NCBI RefSeq assembly: GCF_001194135.2
Contig: NC_068993.1
Location: 44,201,322-44,252,811, forward strand
Direction: 5' to 3'
DNA length: 51,490 bases
Source: Octopus bimaculoides
Lineage: Eukaryota
The notes beneath the pieces were generated by a model. It made no database searches. It had not been told where the DNA came from and saw only the letters and a program-made list of their open reading frames with translations. The translations under genes and the position numbers were made by a program. Each line of letters begins with the position of its first letter. Positions within the stretch are counted from its first letter, which is position 1. Below are positions 36,462-47,288 of this stretch, piece by piece.

Positions 36462-37939
36462 TATATATACATGCATACATATCATCATATCAACATCCAC
36501 TTTCTGAACCAGCATGGCTAGATAAGTTGTCCTGAGTTAGTTTTTATTTGGAATTTGCTACCACCCTAAACAGATTGCATGGCCACATCTTATGAATATT
36601 TCATTTTTGGCATAGTTTCTATAATTGGATGCCCTTCATAACAACGAACACTTAGCAGATTGTACTGGGTGAATTTTTTTCATGGTAGCAACAATAGGGA
36701 GGTTGTCATATTCTTGGATAGACTGAATAGTTCCCTCAATTCTACTTTTTCTCATCATCTCTTTTATCATCTTCCATCCTCACACAGGCTGGGCAGTCTG
36801 AAAGTAAGTGGCAAACCAGAAAACTGCATCAAGCTCTACTGTTAACTTTGGCACAGTTTTTTATGATTGAATGCTCTTCCTAATGCTAACTACTTTGCAG
36901 AGTGTACAGGTTGCTTTTTACATGGCACCAGCACCGGAGAGGTCACCAAATAACTGAGGGGGATGTAGCATCAAAGGAGGTAACTTTGTGTCAGGTGAAG
37001 AGATGTTAAACTATGATAGAGGGACAGAAACAGGTATCTTGCAGTAGATAAGAGATACATGGCAACCCCAGGTGGAAAAAGAGAGAAGAGAAGAGAGAGA
37101 TAGGCAAGGGAGAGAGAGAGAGAGAGAGAAAGAGAGGATAGTGAAGAAGCTGTATGGTCAAGTTACAGATATATATATATATATATATATAAATGATATG
37201 ATACAGATGATAGGATAAGATGGCTTACCTGCCCACCCACCTTACCCAATCCACTGTACCACTTCACTTATATACTCCTCCTTGTAACTTAAGGTACAAC
37301 CCCAACACATCTTCACCATCTCTCCTTCTTTCTCCTTTCTCTCTCTTCTCTCTCTCCCTCTCTCCTCTCTTCTTCTAGCTAGGGTAAAGAAAAGAGAAGA
37401 GAGAGAGAGAGGAGTCATATAATTTTACTTATTCTTTGTCTGTAATCACAACCTACAATTATTACCACGAGGTATTACAATCTTCTGAAGTTACTGACAG
37501 ACTTTTTCTCATCCATGTACAATACAATAATTCAAACTCAATTTTTTCCCTCTTTTGCCATTGGTGGGTTCCTGGGAAGGATTTGAATTTCCCCAGTTAA
37601 TTGTGATTCTTCTTAAAACATAGATTTCTTTCTATTCTATTTTCTGAAGTCTAACCATAAATAACTGTATAGTTTCTATAGAAAACATGTAAGTGTAACA
37701 ATAGATAAACACTAATGATTGCTCACATTGCAACAGTTAATTAGCAGTGACGAGCAGTTATATCATAATACACTATTCAGATTATTTTCTATGGTAGATT
37801 CATAATGTATGAGATTGATCTCCATAAATCAGTATGGTTAATTGCAAATATAGCAATTAGTTTTTACACTGTATATATATGTCAATTATTTCTTATTAGT
37901 CCTCACAAACCCTCTGTATTCAAGACTCTTGATGCAAAT

Positions 37940-38661
37940 CAATGCTGGCCTTAAGCCAATTGGACCAATTGCTCCCAACTGGGCCCCGTGCCCAATGGGG
38001 CCTCATGCTCAAGGAGGCCACATGCCATACTGTGACATTTCATGAAGGTGGTCTCCCTGAAGTTTAAAAACAATCTACATAAAAATGCTCTTTAAAAAAA
38101 AAAACATACTTTCTACACTTTAGCAATACAAGATGCCAAAAGATAAACCAATTCATCCAAAATTGCTTGGGTCAGCCTTGTTTGTATTTTTAGTGGAAGG
38201 ATCAATTGTATGTATGCATGTGTGTGCATGTGTGTATGTGAATGTTTGGAAGTGTTTATGGGCATGTTTGAGTAAAATATTTGTGCATGTGTGAGAGTAA
38301 GTATATGATGTTTAAGTGTATTTCAATAAAGTGTATTTTATATATATATATAGAAAGCCAAAATAAAACAAAAAATGATAAAAGGAAAGGCTAAATGTGT
38401 GTGTGTGTGTGTGTGTAAAAGAATTCAGTGCTCAATATTTTGGCTACAGGAATTTCTGTCAATGAGACACGGTTAAACAAAGATTAAAAGTTCAATTGCT
38501 TTTCATAGTGGTTTGGTTTGGTTGGGTTGAGGTCTCTGTATTTATGTGAATGTATGTGTATGTATGTTTATGCTAGTATGTGTATCATTGTACATATATG
38601 CATTTTTAAGTGTGTGGTGAATTGCATACATACACACACGCATGTGTGCATGTGTGTACAG

Positions 38662-38711
<50 letters not shown>

Positions 38712-39373
38712 GGAGGTGAGATAAAATTTCATGTCCCATGTTCAAAAGAGAAAATCTCTTTGCAATGACACCCATTCAGGTTTTTGGACAGGTACAAACA
38801 CAACCATATACACACAGACACACACACACATGGGGCTATAGTAGGAGACATTTGGTGTTACACAGTGGTGCTAAACCTAGAACCAAATAGCTAAGAAACA
38901 GGCTTCTTGCCACACAGACAAGATTGTGTTTTCTACAACAGAGGTTATAGGAAAAAATAAAGATAAGTATATAACCAGCTTCCAAACAATTATAATTATT
39001 AATTTGCATTTTATGTATATCTCTTTTAGCATAATATCATGTAACAGATAAAAGTTTCTTTGGGATTTTGTTAAATTTCTTTCCAATTTTTGCCAGAATA
39101 TTTTTAAAAAGTGTAATTTAGATGAAGTTTCGCTTACTGATGGTGAAAATTTTTGGTAAATTTATAGTTTAACACCCAACTCAATTTTGGTGAGAAATAA
39201 TGTTTTCCCTCAGTTTTTTTTTTTTTCTTGTGCTATCAACTAATCTCATCTCTCTAATATGCCACAAATGATTTTTTCCACAGAAATCAGAGGGGATGGG
39301 GTAGGATGGACCCTCAGAAATTCCCTCCCTCACCTCACCCAGCTGGGCCCCACACCTCCTAAGGCCAGCCCTG
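37940..39373. mobile_element. 1.4-kb non-autonomous hAT element (CAGGGCCGG-type TIR) with nested microsatellites and SINE pieces
   Basis: Ends CAATGCTGGCCTTAAG... and ...CCTAAGGCCAGCCCTG; 8-bp TSD ATGCAAAT/ATACAAAT. Confidence 0.7.
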
Positions 39374-40366
39374 ATACAAATCATGGGACTTGGCTCCTCT
39401 AGAAGCAGACATACACAAGACTCTATGCAAATATACTATGTAATTATTACAATGTATCTGTACAGCAATAATTTATTAAAGACAGGTGTGACCCTCCCTT
39501 AGTAGTCACAGCTATTACAAGGGAGATAATCATTTCTTCGTAATATTTGGCATTTGAAATTAAGGAATTATAAGGAACAAGCTGTATAGAATTCATATAT
39601 TTAATTTATGTATATATGTATGTATATATGTATATATGTATGTATGTATATGCATATATATATTTATATGTGTATGTATGTGTGAACCCTTGTCCAGACA
39701 GCAAATGAAGTTGATGACAGGCAGGGTATCCAGCCATAGAAAAAGCAGCTTCAACAAATTCTGTTTGACCCATGCAAGCATGGAAAAGTAGATATTAAAT
39801 GATGATGATGATGATTTCACGGTAAGCATGTTTCCAACATGGTGGATGACAGTGTTATGCTCCAATATCTCAGTTTTGGCATGGTCTCTGTGACTTGATG
39901 CCTTTCTTAGCACCAACCACTACATAGAGTACGCTGAGTGCTTTTTTTTTTTTTTTTCATGGCACCAGCACTAGTGAGGTTGCCTTGTAAATGGCAAGAT
40001 TAAAAAAATAGGAAACCCAACACCATCCCTGCGACACCTGAAAGATAGATATACACGAAAAAAGGGTGATGATCTTAGGTGAGTTGATGAAAAGGTGAAG
40101 TGCTATGAGAGAAACAGCCGGTTGTGAGGGTGTGGCATTGGGGTGAGGGACAGAATATAGTTACTATTTAGAGAGGCGAGTATATGGACAAGGCAGAAGG
40201 CCGACAGCTTTGTATGTGTGTATGTATATACCCACACACATATATATATGGCGACGGGAAGGGCATCTGGTCATAGAAAATCTACTCAAAAAATTCCTTC
40301 CAATCCAAGCGAGCATGGAAATGTGGACGTTCAAACGAAGTGTGTGTGTGTTTGTGTACATATGTA

Positions 40367-40754
40367 AGCGCAGGAGTGGCTGTGTGGTAAGTAGCTTGCT
40401 TACCAACCACATGGTTCCGGGTTCAGTCCCACTGCGTGGCACCTTGGGCAAGTGTCTTCTACTATAGCCTCGGGCCGACCAAAGCCTTGTGAGTGGATTT
40501 GGTAGACGGAAACTGAAGAAGCCCGTCGTATATATGTATATGGATATATGTATGTGTGTTTGTCCCCCCAACATCGCTTGACAACCGATGCTGGTGTGTT
40601 TACGTCCCCGTAACTTAGCAGTTCGGCAAAAGAGACCGATAGAATAAGTACTAGGCTTACAAAGAATAAGTCCTGGGGTCGATTTGCTCGACTATAGGCG
40701 GTGCTCCAGCATGGCCGTAGTCAAATGGCTGAAACAAGTAAAAGAGTAAAAGAG
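40367..40754 (+). mobile_element. Full-length young family-A SINE
   Basis: Highly similar to 36057-36461; CpGs intact. Confidence 0.9.
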
Positions 40755-41499
40755 ATATGTATATCATCATTTTATCGATATATGCCTTTTATAGTATAGA
40801 TATATAAACTTAGAAGCGTCGAGTGGATGAGCATTGTACAGAAGATAAAGTAAATTTCGAATGCGGGATAGCAGTGAAAATAGCCTAGAAAATTGGGTAA
40901 ATAAATACCCTTAGATGACGGAAAATATATACTCATGCACACATACATATGTATACACCCATGTAAAGGTAAGCGTATATATGCATGTGCGGGTGTGAGT
41001 GTGTATATAGGGGTGCAGTGTTTTTGCTTACAAATATCATCATTTAGCGTCGCTTTTGTTTTATTTTTGCATATTTGCAGGTGTGTTAGAATCCAGCATC
41101 CCATCACTTGTTGCATTCGTCTTCGACACAACCAACACAAACATACTCGCGTGCACATACATATAAGTCTGTGTATACTTGTGTAAAATTCTGTGTGTAT
41201 GTGTTTGTATGAGTATATAAACAACGTGTAAAAGTAATGAGTGAGTGTGATGTACGTATATTAAATCAGTGAGAATATTCAGAAGTTAATATAATTGTTT
41301 TAATCCCGAGTCAGTCCTGATTTAAGCGGCATATAAATAAAAAGCAGTCCATCTGTGAACATCCATCATTTTAATGAATATCTGAGTGGGGCTTTATATC
41401 CTAGCTTATCTTTTTATTTAAAACGATTCAGCATGAATAATGGGAGATTTGGCTGTTATTTCTAGCAGGTTGAATAACCATGCGTACAGAAGTAATGAC

Positions 41500-42327
41500 G
41501 GTGTTTATGCATCAGTGCGTCTATTTAGCTCGTTTTTGGTTTGTGTGTAAGTGCGCATTCTGTATTATCAACATGTCGTATTAGTGTGTGCGCGCGCGTC
41601 ACTGTAAAAATAGCTTATAAAGAATCACATAAGCCGACAAACGAGTGAATTTTTCGGAGAAGGAAGAGAGGGTGTTTCTAAAATAATGGCAAGACTTCAG
41701 AGCTGCTCTTTCACTGGCCGTGGACGATTGTATACACCTCTTCCCAACTACCACCACCACTACGAGTAATATTAAACACCGAACCACCAACAAACCAGTT
41801 CTTAATACTTGACTTTACCGGTAACGCTTCTTGTTGCTGTTGGGACGTATACACACCAACATATATTTTATACAATGTTTAAACTATGTTCTTTCGGTCG
41901 TTCCTTCCCTCTTTTATTTAATTAACTATTTTATTAACTTTAGTTAATTAATTTTAAAAGAGTTTTTAATTATTAATTTCTTTGGGGGGAAGTTTTATAT
42001 AAAAAGTTTGTGAGAATCAAAATTTTTCTTTTCTGCACCTTGCTTAAAAGAACTCCCTTTTTTTCTTTTTATGAGGTAAATTTAGTTCTGTTCCCTTTTC
42101 TTTGCTTTTCATTCAAAGTTGGGCTAATCCTTTTTCACACACACACACACATTTGTATATTATCAATTCTTCATTTACGGGCGAAATTTGGAATTTTTGA
42201 AAGGGGTATTATTTGTACAATTCTTCTCGCCTACTTCGAAAAACTACTGTTCAAGCATATGCACGTATAAATTATATGAAATACTCTTAAGAAACTTTCA
42301 ACAGAAAGACAGACAGAAATAAAGAAA
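41500..42327. promoter_or_regulatory. CpG-retaining putative bidirectional promoter region
   Basis: Unique, CpG-rich sequence between two divergent ATG-plus-donor exons. Confidence 0.45.
41819..41862 (-). CDS. Candidate first coding exon of the minus-strand gene: MLVCIRPNSNKKRY(R)
   Basis: AAATATATG start in a CpG-rich zone, donor CCG|GTAAAG (phase 2). Confidence 0.4.
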
Positions 42328-42358
42328 ATGGCAACGCCGGAGAAGTCGAAGGAATCTT
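42328..42358 (+). CDS. Candidate first coding exon of a plus-strand gene: MATPEKSKES (phase 1)
   Basis: Strong Kozak AAAAATGG, codon-like GC-rich 31 nt, consensus donor |GTAAGT. Product not recognised; downstream exons not confidently located. Confidence 0.6.
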
Positions 42359-43326
42359 GTAAGTTTATGTTTATTTTCACTTATTAATTGTCATTATTGT
42401 TTATTTTTGTAATCATAATCAACATATTGGTTTGCGAATACATACATTACGCTCATACATACGCACACACACAAAGTACAAAAACTTCTTAGATTTTTTT
42501 TTCTTCTTACATTACAACTTAAAAAGAATAAGCGCTGTGCACTAAGTTCACACCCGATTAATTGCGAATTCCTTATTCATTACCGCTATACAATTTACTG
42601 GGTTATAATTAGGTAATTAAACTAAGGTTGAGTATTAACAGCAAATCAGAAATATTACACTACAGAGCATGTATAAAACTACCTACTTTTATTCAAGAAG
42701 GTTTGGATCTGATGTCAAACTGTTCAAGTCTAGCATACGGACGCATACACAAGTTTATATAAATACACCGAGAGAAAAAGAGAGCTGCATATAACAGCAC
42801 AGTGTCATTTTGTCGTGCTCAAATCTGTGATCCAGTCGACCCAGTGATCAAGGATCTACTTCTGTGATGCATCCTAGACATAAGATTTATTTCTAGTTGC
42901 TCGAACTACATAGTTTCCATCGTGTAAAATGGGCGTGTTACAGAGAAGAGACATTAGCCTTTTTTTCTCCACACCCTTTTCTCGCTTTTATCTAACTAGA
43001 TTTGTCAGTCTGAATAACCTAACGTATCTTTTGATAGTATTTACACACACATACTGACAGTTATAAAGTTTTCTTTCAAAAGGGTTTATAATCGAAGGTG
43101 ATTGACCTGGAGGTGCCGTCATTGAAAAAGAAATTTAGGTTTTAACGAAAGAATGTTCTTGTCTTGCTTCCAACTGTGGCTACCCCATTCTTTTTAAGGA
43201 TATTTGTAACTACATAATCAAGTCCCGGGAGATGTCTGTTTTTCGTGTAGGCGGAGTGACCACGTAGAGGTTTACACGCTTGCTTTTACACGCAATTGTT
43301 GTTTTGGTTTCGAAGTCCATCTAGAT

Positions 43327-43610
43327 CAGTGGTGCCAAAACTTTTTCAGGCTGCCACCCCCTTGAAACCCAGGTCACTTTCCCAGCGCCCCACCCCAACT
43401 AACCATCACAAACATAGACCACTTTCTGGAGCAAATTCAAAGCAACTGTAATTCACAAATAAAACTTAACCTAATGAACTCATTATTTTGTTGTTTTTTA
43501 CATGAATCGCCACCCATTATCACCCCACTTTTCTTCAACGCCCCTTTGGAACTTGCCAGAGGGGCAATACTACTCCAGAGGGGCAATACTGCTCACTTTG
43601 AGAATCACTG
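43327..43610. mobile_element. hAT-Charlie/Buster MITE (284 bp) with perfect ATCTAGAT TSD
   Basis: TIRs CAGTGGTGCCAAAACT / ACTTTGAGAATCACTG; 8-bp TSD at 43319-43326 and 43611-43618 matches the NTCTAGAN preference of Charlie elements. Confidence 0.92.
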
Positions 43611-43795
43611 ATCTAGATTNNNNNNNNNNNNNNNNNNNNNNNNNNNNNNNNNNNNNNNNNNNNNNNNNNNNNNNNNNNNNNNNNNNNNNNNNNNNNNNNN
43701 NNNNNNNNNNNNNNNNNNNNNNNNNNNNNNNNNNNNNNNNNNNNNNNNNNNNNNNNNNNNNNNNNNNNNNNNNNNNNNNNNNNNNNNNNNNNNNC

Positions 43796-43945
43796 TAATA
43801 TGCTGCAAATCCCTTATTTTGGTTCGGAAAAAGGGGGAGGCAAGGGGTCCCCCCACTCGCCCCCTTATTTCCGAACCAAAATAAGGGGTTTGCTCCCCCT
43901 CGCGCCCCTTTTTTCGAACTAAAATAAGGGATTTGCAGCATATTA
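43796..43945. repeat. 150-bp palindrome with ~41-bp arms and an internal third copy of the arm motif
   Basis: TAATATGCTGCAAATCCCTTATTTTGGTTCGGAAAAAGGGG versus CCCCTTTTTTCGAACTAAAATAAGGGATTTGCAGCATATTA; directly after a gap. Confidence 0.75.
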
Positions 43946-46438
43946 AGAGGTCAGGGTACCGGATTGTACGCAAAAAATCCGAGTTTTTTTTTTTTTTTAG
44001 GGAAAATCGTGCGAGTGTTACTCAAAAAAATTTACCCAAAGTTATACCATTTATTTACACTAAGCAAACCCTATTTGTATTATAAATGCAATCCTCATAA
44101 GTTTTATTTATCAATAAAATAAAGAAATTGAGGCATCATAAGCGCGAGAAAAATGAAATTGTTCAAATGAATACAAGTCAGAGCTAAAGCCTATGTTCTA
44201 AAATTTTTGTAAGATTATATTCATGCCATCATATTCTGCCTGCCATACGGATAGTCATAAAGTGCCGCAAGTGCCACCGGTAACCCATGACCTTTGAGGC
44301 GGCTCCTTCGTTGTCTCTACACGCAGCAGTTTTGTATGTGTTGTGGCGTGACTATTTGGACATCTACTCGGTTATATATATATATATATAAAAAGCTTGT
44401 GGGAATAGGCAATATATAGCTTTATAATAGAGGGAAATAAGCGACCCAGTGCTTGAGAGAGAGGGAGAGGTGGCGGATAGGCAGTGTGTCTGGGTATGGT
44501 GGCAGTGGTACTTGTAATATCAATGGTTGAAACTAACGGACTGTGTTTTTCCTTTGCATATTTGTAAACTTGTGCCACCGCAAGAAATCATTAATTTGAA
44601 ACTGACTAAAGAAATGCAAGAAACTGGAGTTAAAGCGCTGAACTGTAATTATAATATCCAGGTTTACATTTAAGAGGGTCGGTTTTATTTTTCAACACTG
44701 TCGCCGTCAGGGCGTTATTTCTTCTTCGCTTAAGATAACTCTGGTATGTGGTTTGGTTTGATAAAAAAAAATCCTATCAAAAATATATACACAAGCAGTG
44801 CCCAGGGGCCTCACGGGTTTAGGAGCCCAATTCTGATCCATGTATACTGTGACTTGCTGTCAATAAATAAATATTATAGGATCCTGTGGAATGGTTTGCG
44901 TGGGGGCCTAAAATGCTACCAAGACGGCTCTGGATACAAAACCTCAAATTTATGGGGAAATAAAATTGTGTGATGTACCTGTTTTTCACAAACACCTACC
45001 TACCTACACATCTCCTTCACGAAACCGGCCAATGAAGATAGCTGGAGTTGTCAGAAATAACTGCCAAATCTCTCTCAATATAGACCTTCTTGAAAAAAAG
45101 GTTGCCAGATCTCTCTCAATGTAGACTTTCTTTAAAAAAAAAAGGTTTGAATTATGCAGTTGGTACAGTACTATTCCTCATTTAAAAAAGATGAAATGGT
45201 CATAGCGTGGAGGTTCTTGATCGTAAGCTACCTTGCTTGGTGACGCCTTCGAGTTAGACAACAACCAGCATCATTTTTAAAAATGTGACAGTTTCTACAA
45301 AACTATGACAATTCTTCGTCTTTTCTTCGTTCACGCCCACGATTGTGGAAGTATTGTAAGATTTAATGTTAATGTGATGATGGCAGAATGTGTAGAAGAT
45401 ACAATAAAATTCGTGATGGTATTATATTCCGTGTTCAAATCCTGCCGGAGACAAATTTACTTTTTTATTCGTCCAAAATCGGTAAAATTAGAATAAATAC
45501 AGTCAAGTATTAAAGTCAATTTAATCGCCTGTTTCACACCACCAAAATGTTCTGCCCTTGTGCTAAATTCGGCAATCGCAGCATGATTCTCGTATTAAAA
45601 CATCTGTGACTTCTTTCCTTTCAAATTAGTGTCACACTGACACAGAAAATTCCTCTACAGCATATATTTCTACAAGTATCCTGTACGTGATGGTATTCTT
45701 ATGCATGTGTGTGTTTTTAAGTCTGTCTATTACTGACTGAATTTAGTAGTACGTCGTGAGTTTCTTTTTCTCCTTTTTTTCTTTTTTTTCTTCTTTTTTT
45801 CTTTTTTTCCATAGTTGCTCAAATTTGTCATGTAATTTCGTACAGGCAGACTGAGAGACAATTCTCTGGATTGGAATGAAAAATACTAATCCCTGCCAGG
45901 CATTCAACTTGCCAATACCCCACAATAAAATTGTCACTTTTTTAATGTGTCGCGACATCTTCAATCTTTTAAGTTGTTGTAATGTGTGTGCGTGTGTGTC
46001 AGTGTGTGTGTGTATGTATGTATTATGTCATTATTCAGCTTTATTTCAAAGTCTCATGCCAATAGAGAAAAAGCCGGTTTCTAACCTAGATCCAAGGCTC
46101 CTTTATTGGAATTTCAACATCAACAGGCTATGTATGTATGTATACATGTATGTGTGTGCGTGAGTGGATTTGTATGTTTTGTTTTATGAATGTATTCTCG
46201 TGCATATAGCTGCATATCTAGACCTGCTCATATATACTTAAATGATAAGCTTCTGGAAAGATTGACAAATTTTTATAGTTCCAGTGATGGCCTGGATCTG
46301 TAGTCTTCGAATCGACTTTCTCCTTTCTGGTTTTGAGAAGCCTAATTTCTGAAGATTGGTACTTAGGTAGTGAGCTACATACCCAGTGTTCCAATAATTA
46401 CAGGTATAAACCTAAACTTGTAATCCGGGTAGAGAAAG

Positions 46439-46833
46439 TGTAAATTTCTCAGTAGTTCAGAGTAGGTATTTTCTTTTTCGCTATTCTTTAGCTTTATGTT
46501 TATAGGAAAGTTGGTTATACATCATTAGATGTATACCTGACTTTCCTATATATACATCTTTAGCTCTTGTTGTTACAGCTTCTATGTGTGTGAGCATAGT
46601 TGTTGGGACGTTGTTATGTAGATGTGAGCGAGCTGTCGAGTGTAAGTCCGAAAAATGGAGAGTGACAGCTATACACGTAAAGAGACTGTCTCCAGGTAGG
46701 AATGTTAGAGACACTGCTTGACACGTCCATGCTCTATTGCTGGCCAGCAAGAAAGAGAATGAATTGAGCGGGAACGCTTGGTTGTTGAATTGCACGCATG
46801 CGTGAGACTACGCATGCGCACAGCTTTACTACA
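46439..46833. mobile_element. Solo-LTR-like insertion (395 bp, TGTA...TACA) interrupting the LINE endonuclease
   Basis: TG...CA termini with LINE coding sequence resuming on both sides; no TSD (LINE residues appear missing at the junction). Confidence 0.5.
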
Positions 46834-47122
46834 TGTTAATATCTGCTGGGCAGTTGATCTCCACAACTGTACACAGTTTCTCTTTATCCCAAATCATTGT
46901 CAGTTCTATTATGTTTGCATTTTACCGAGGTTTTCACTGGTACATTCTACCAGTACTCCTTATGAGTGGCTATGGCTTCCACCATACTGTGGGTTCTTAT
47001 TTCTTAGGCTTCAGAGTTATCCTTCCGACGAATCTCATTATACAGTGTCTCAGCCACAACATTATGTCTCATGGGTAGATTGTACCGTGATGACATTTTC
47101 GAACAGCTGCTTATGATGTGGA

Positions 47123-47288
47123 CAGGGCCGGCCTTAGGGTTGCTGGCGCCCCGAGGAAGCTGAACTTCGGCGTGTATAAGCTGACGGTCGTGGAAATTTC
47201 CTTGTCTTTGTCACGCCCTCCTAGGCGCCCCCTAGCACATGGCGTCCCGAGTGACTGCCCGAGTTGCCGGTACCTTGAGCTGGCCCTG
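47123..47288 (+). mobile_element. 166-bp hAT MITE inserted in the R4-like LINE
   Basis: TIR CAGGGCCGGCCTTAGG / CCTTGAGCTGGCCCTG; TSD GATGTGGA/AATGTGGG; LINE frame continues on both sides. Confidence 0.85.
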
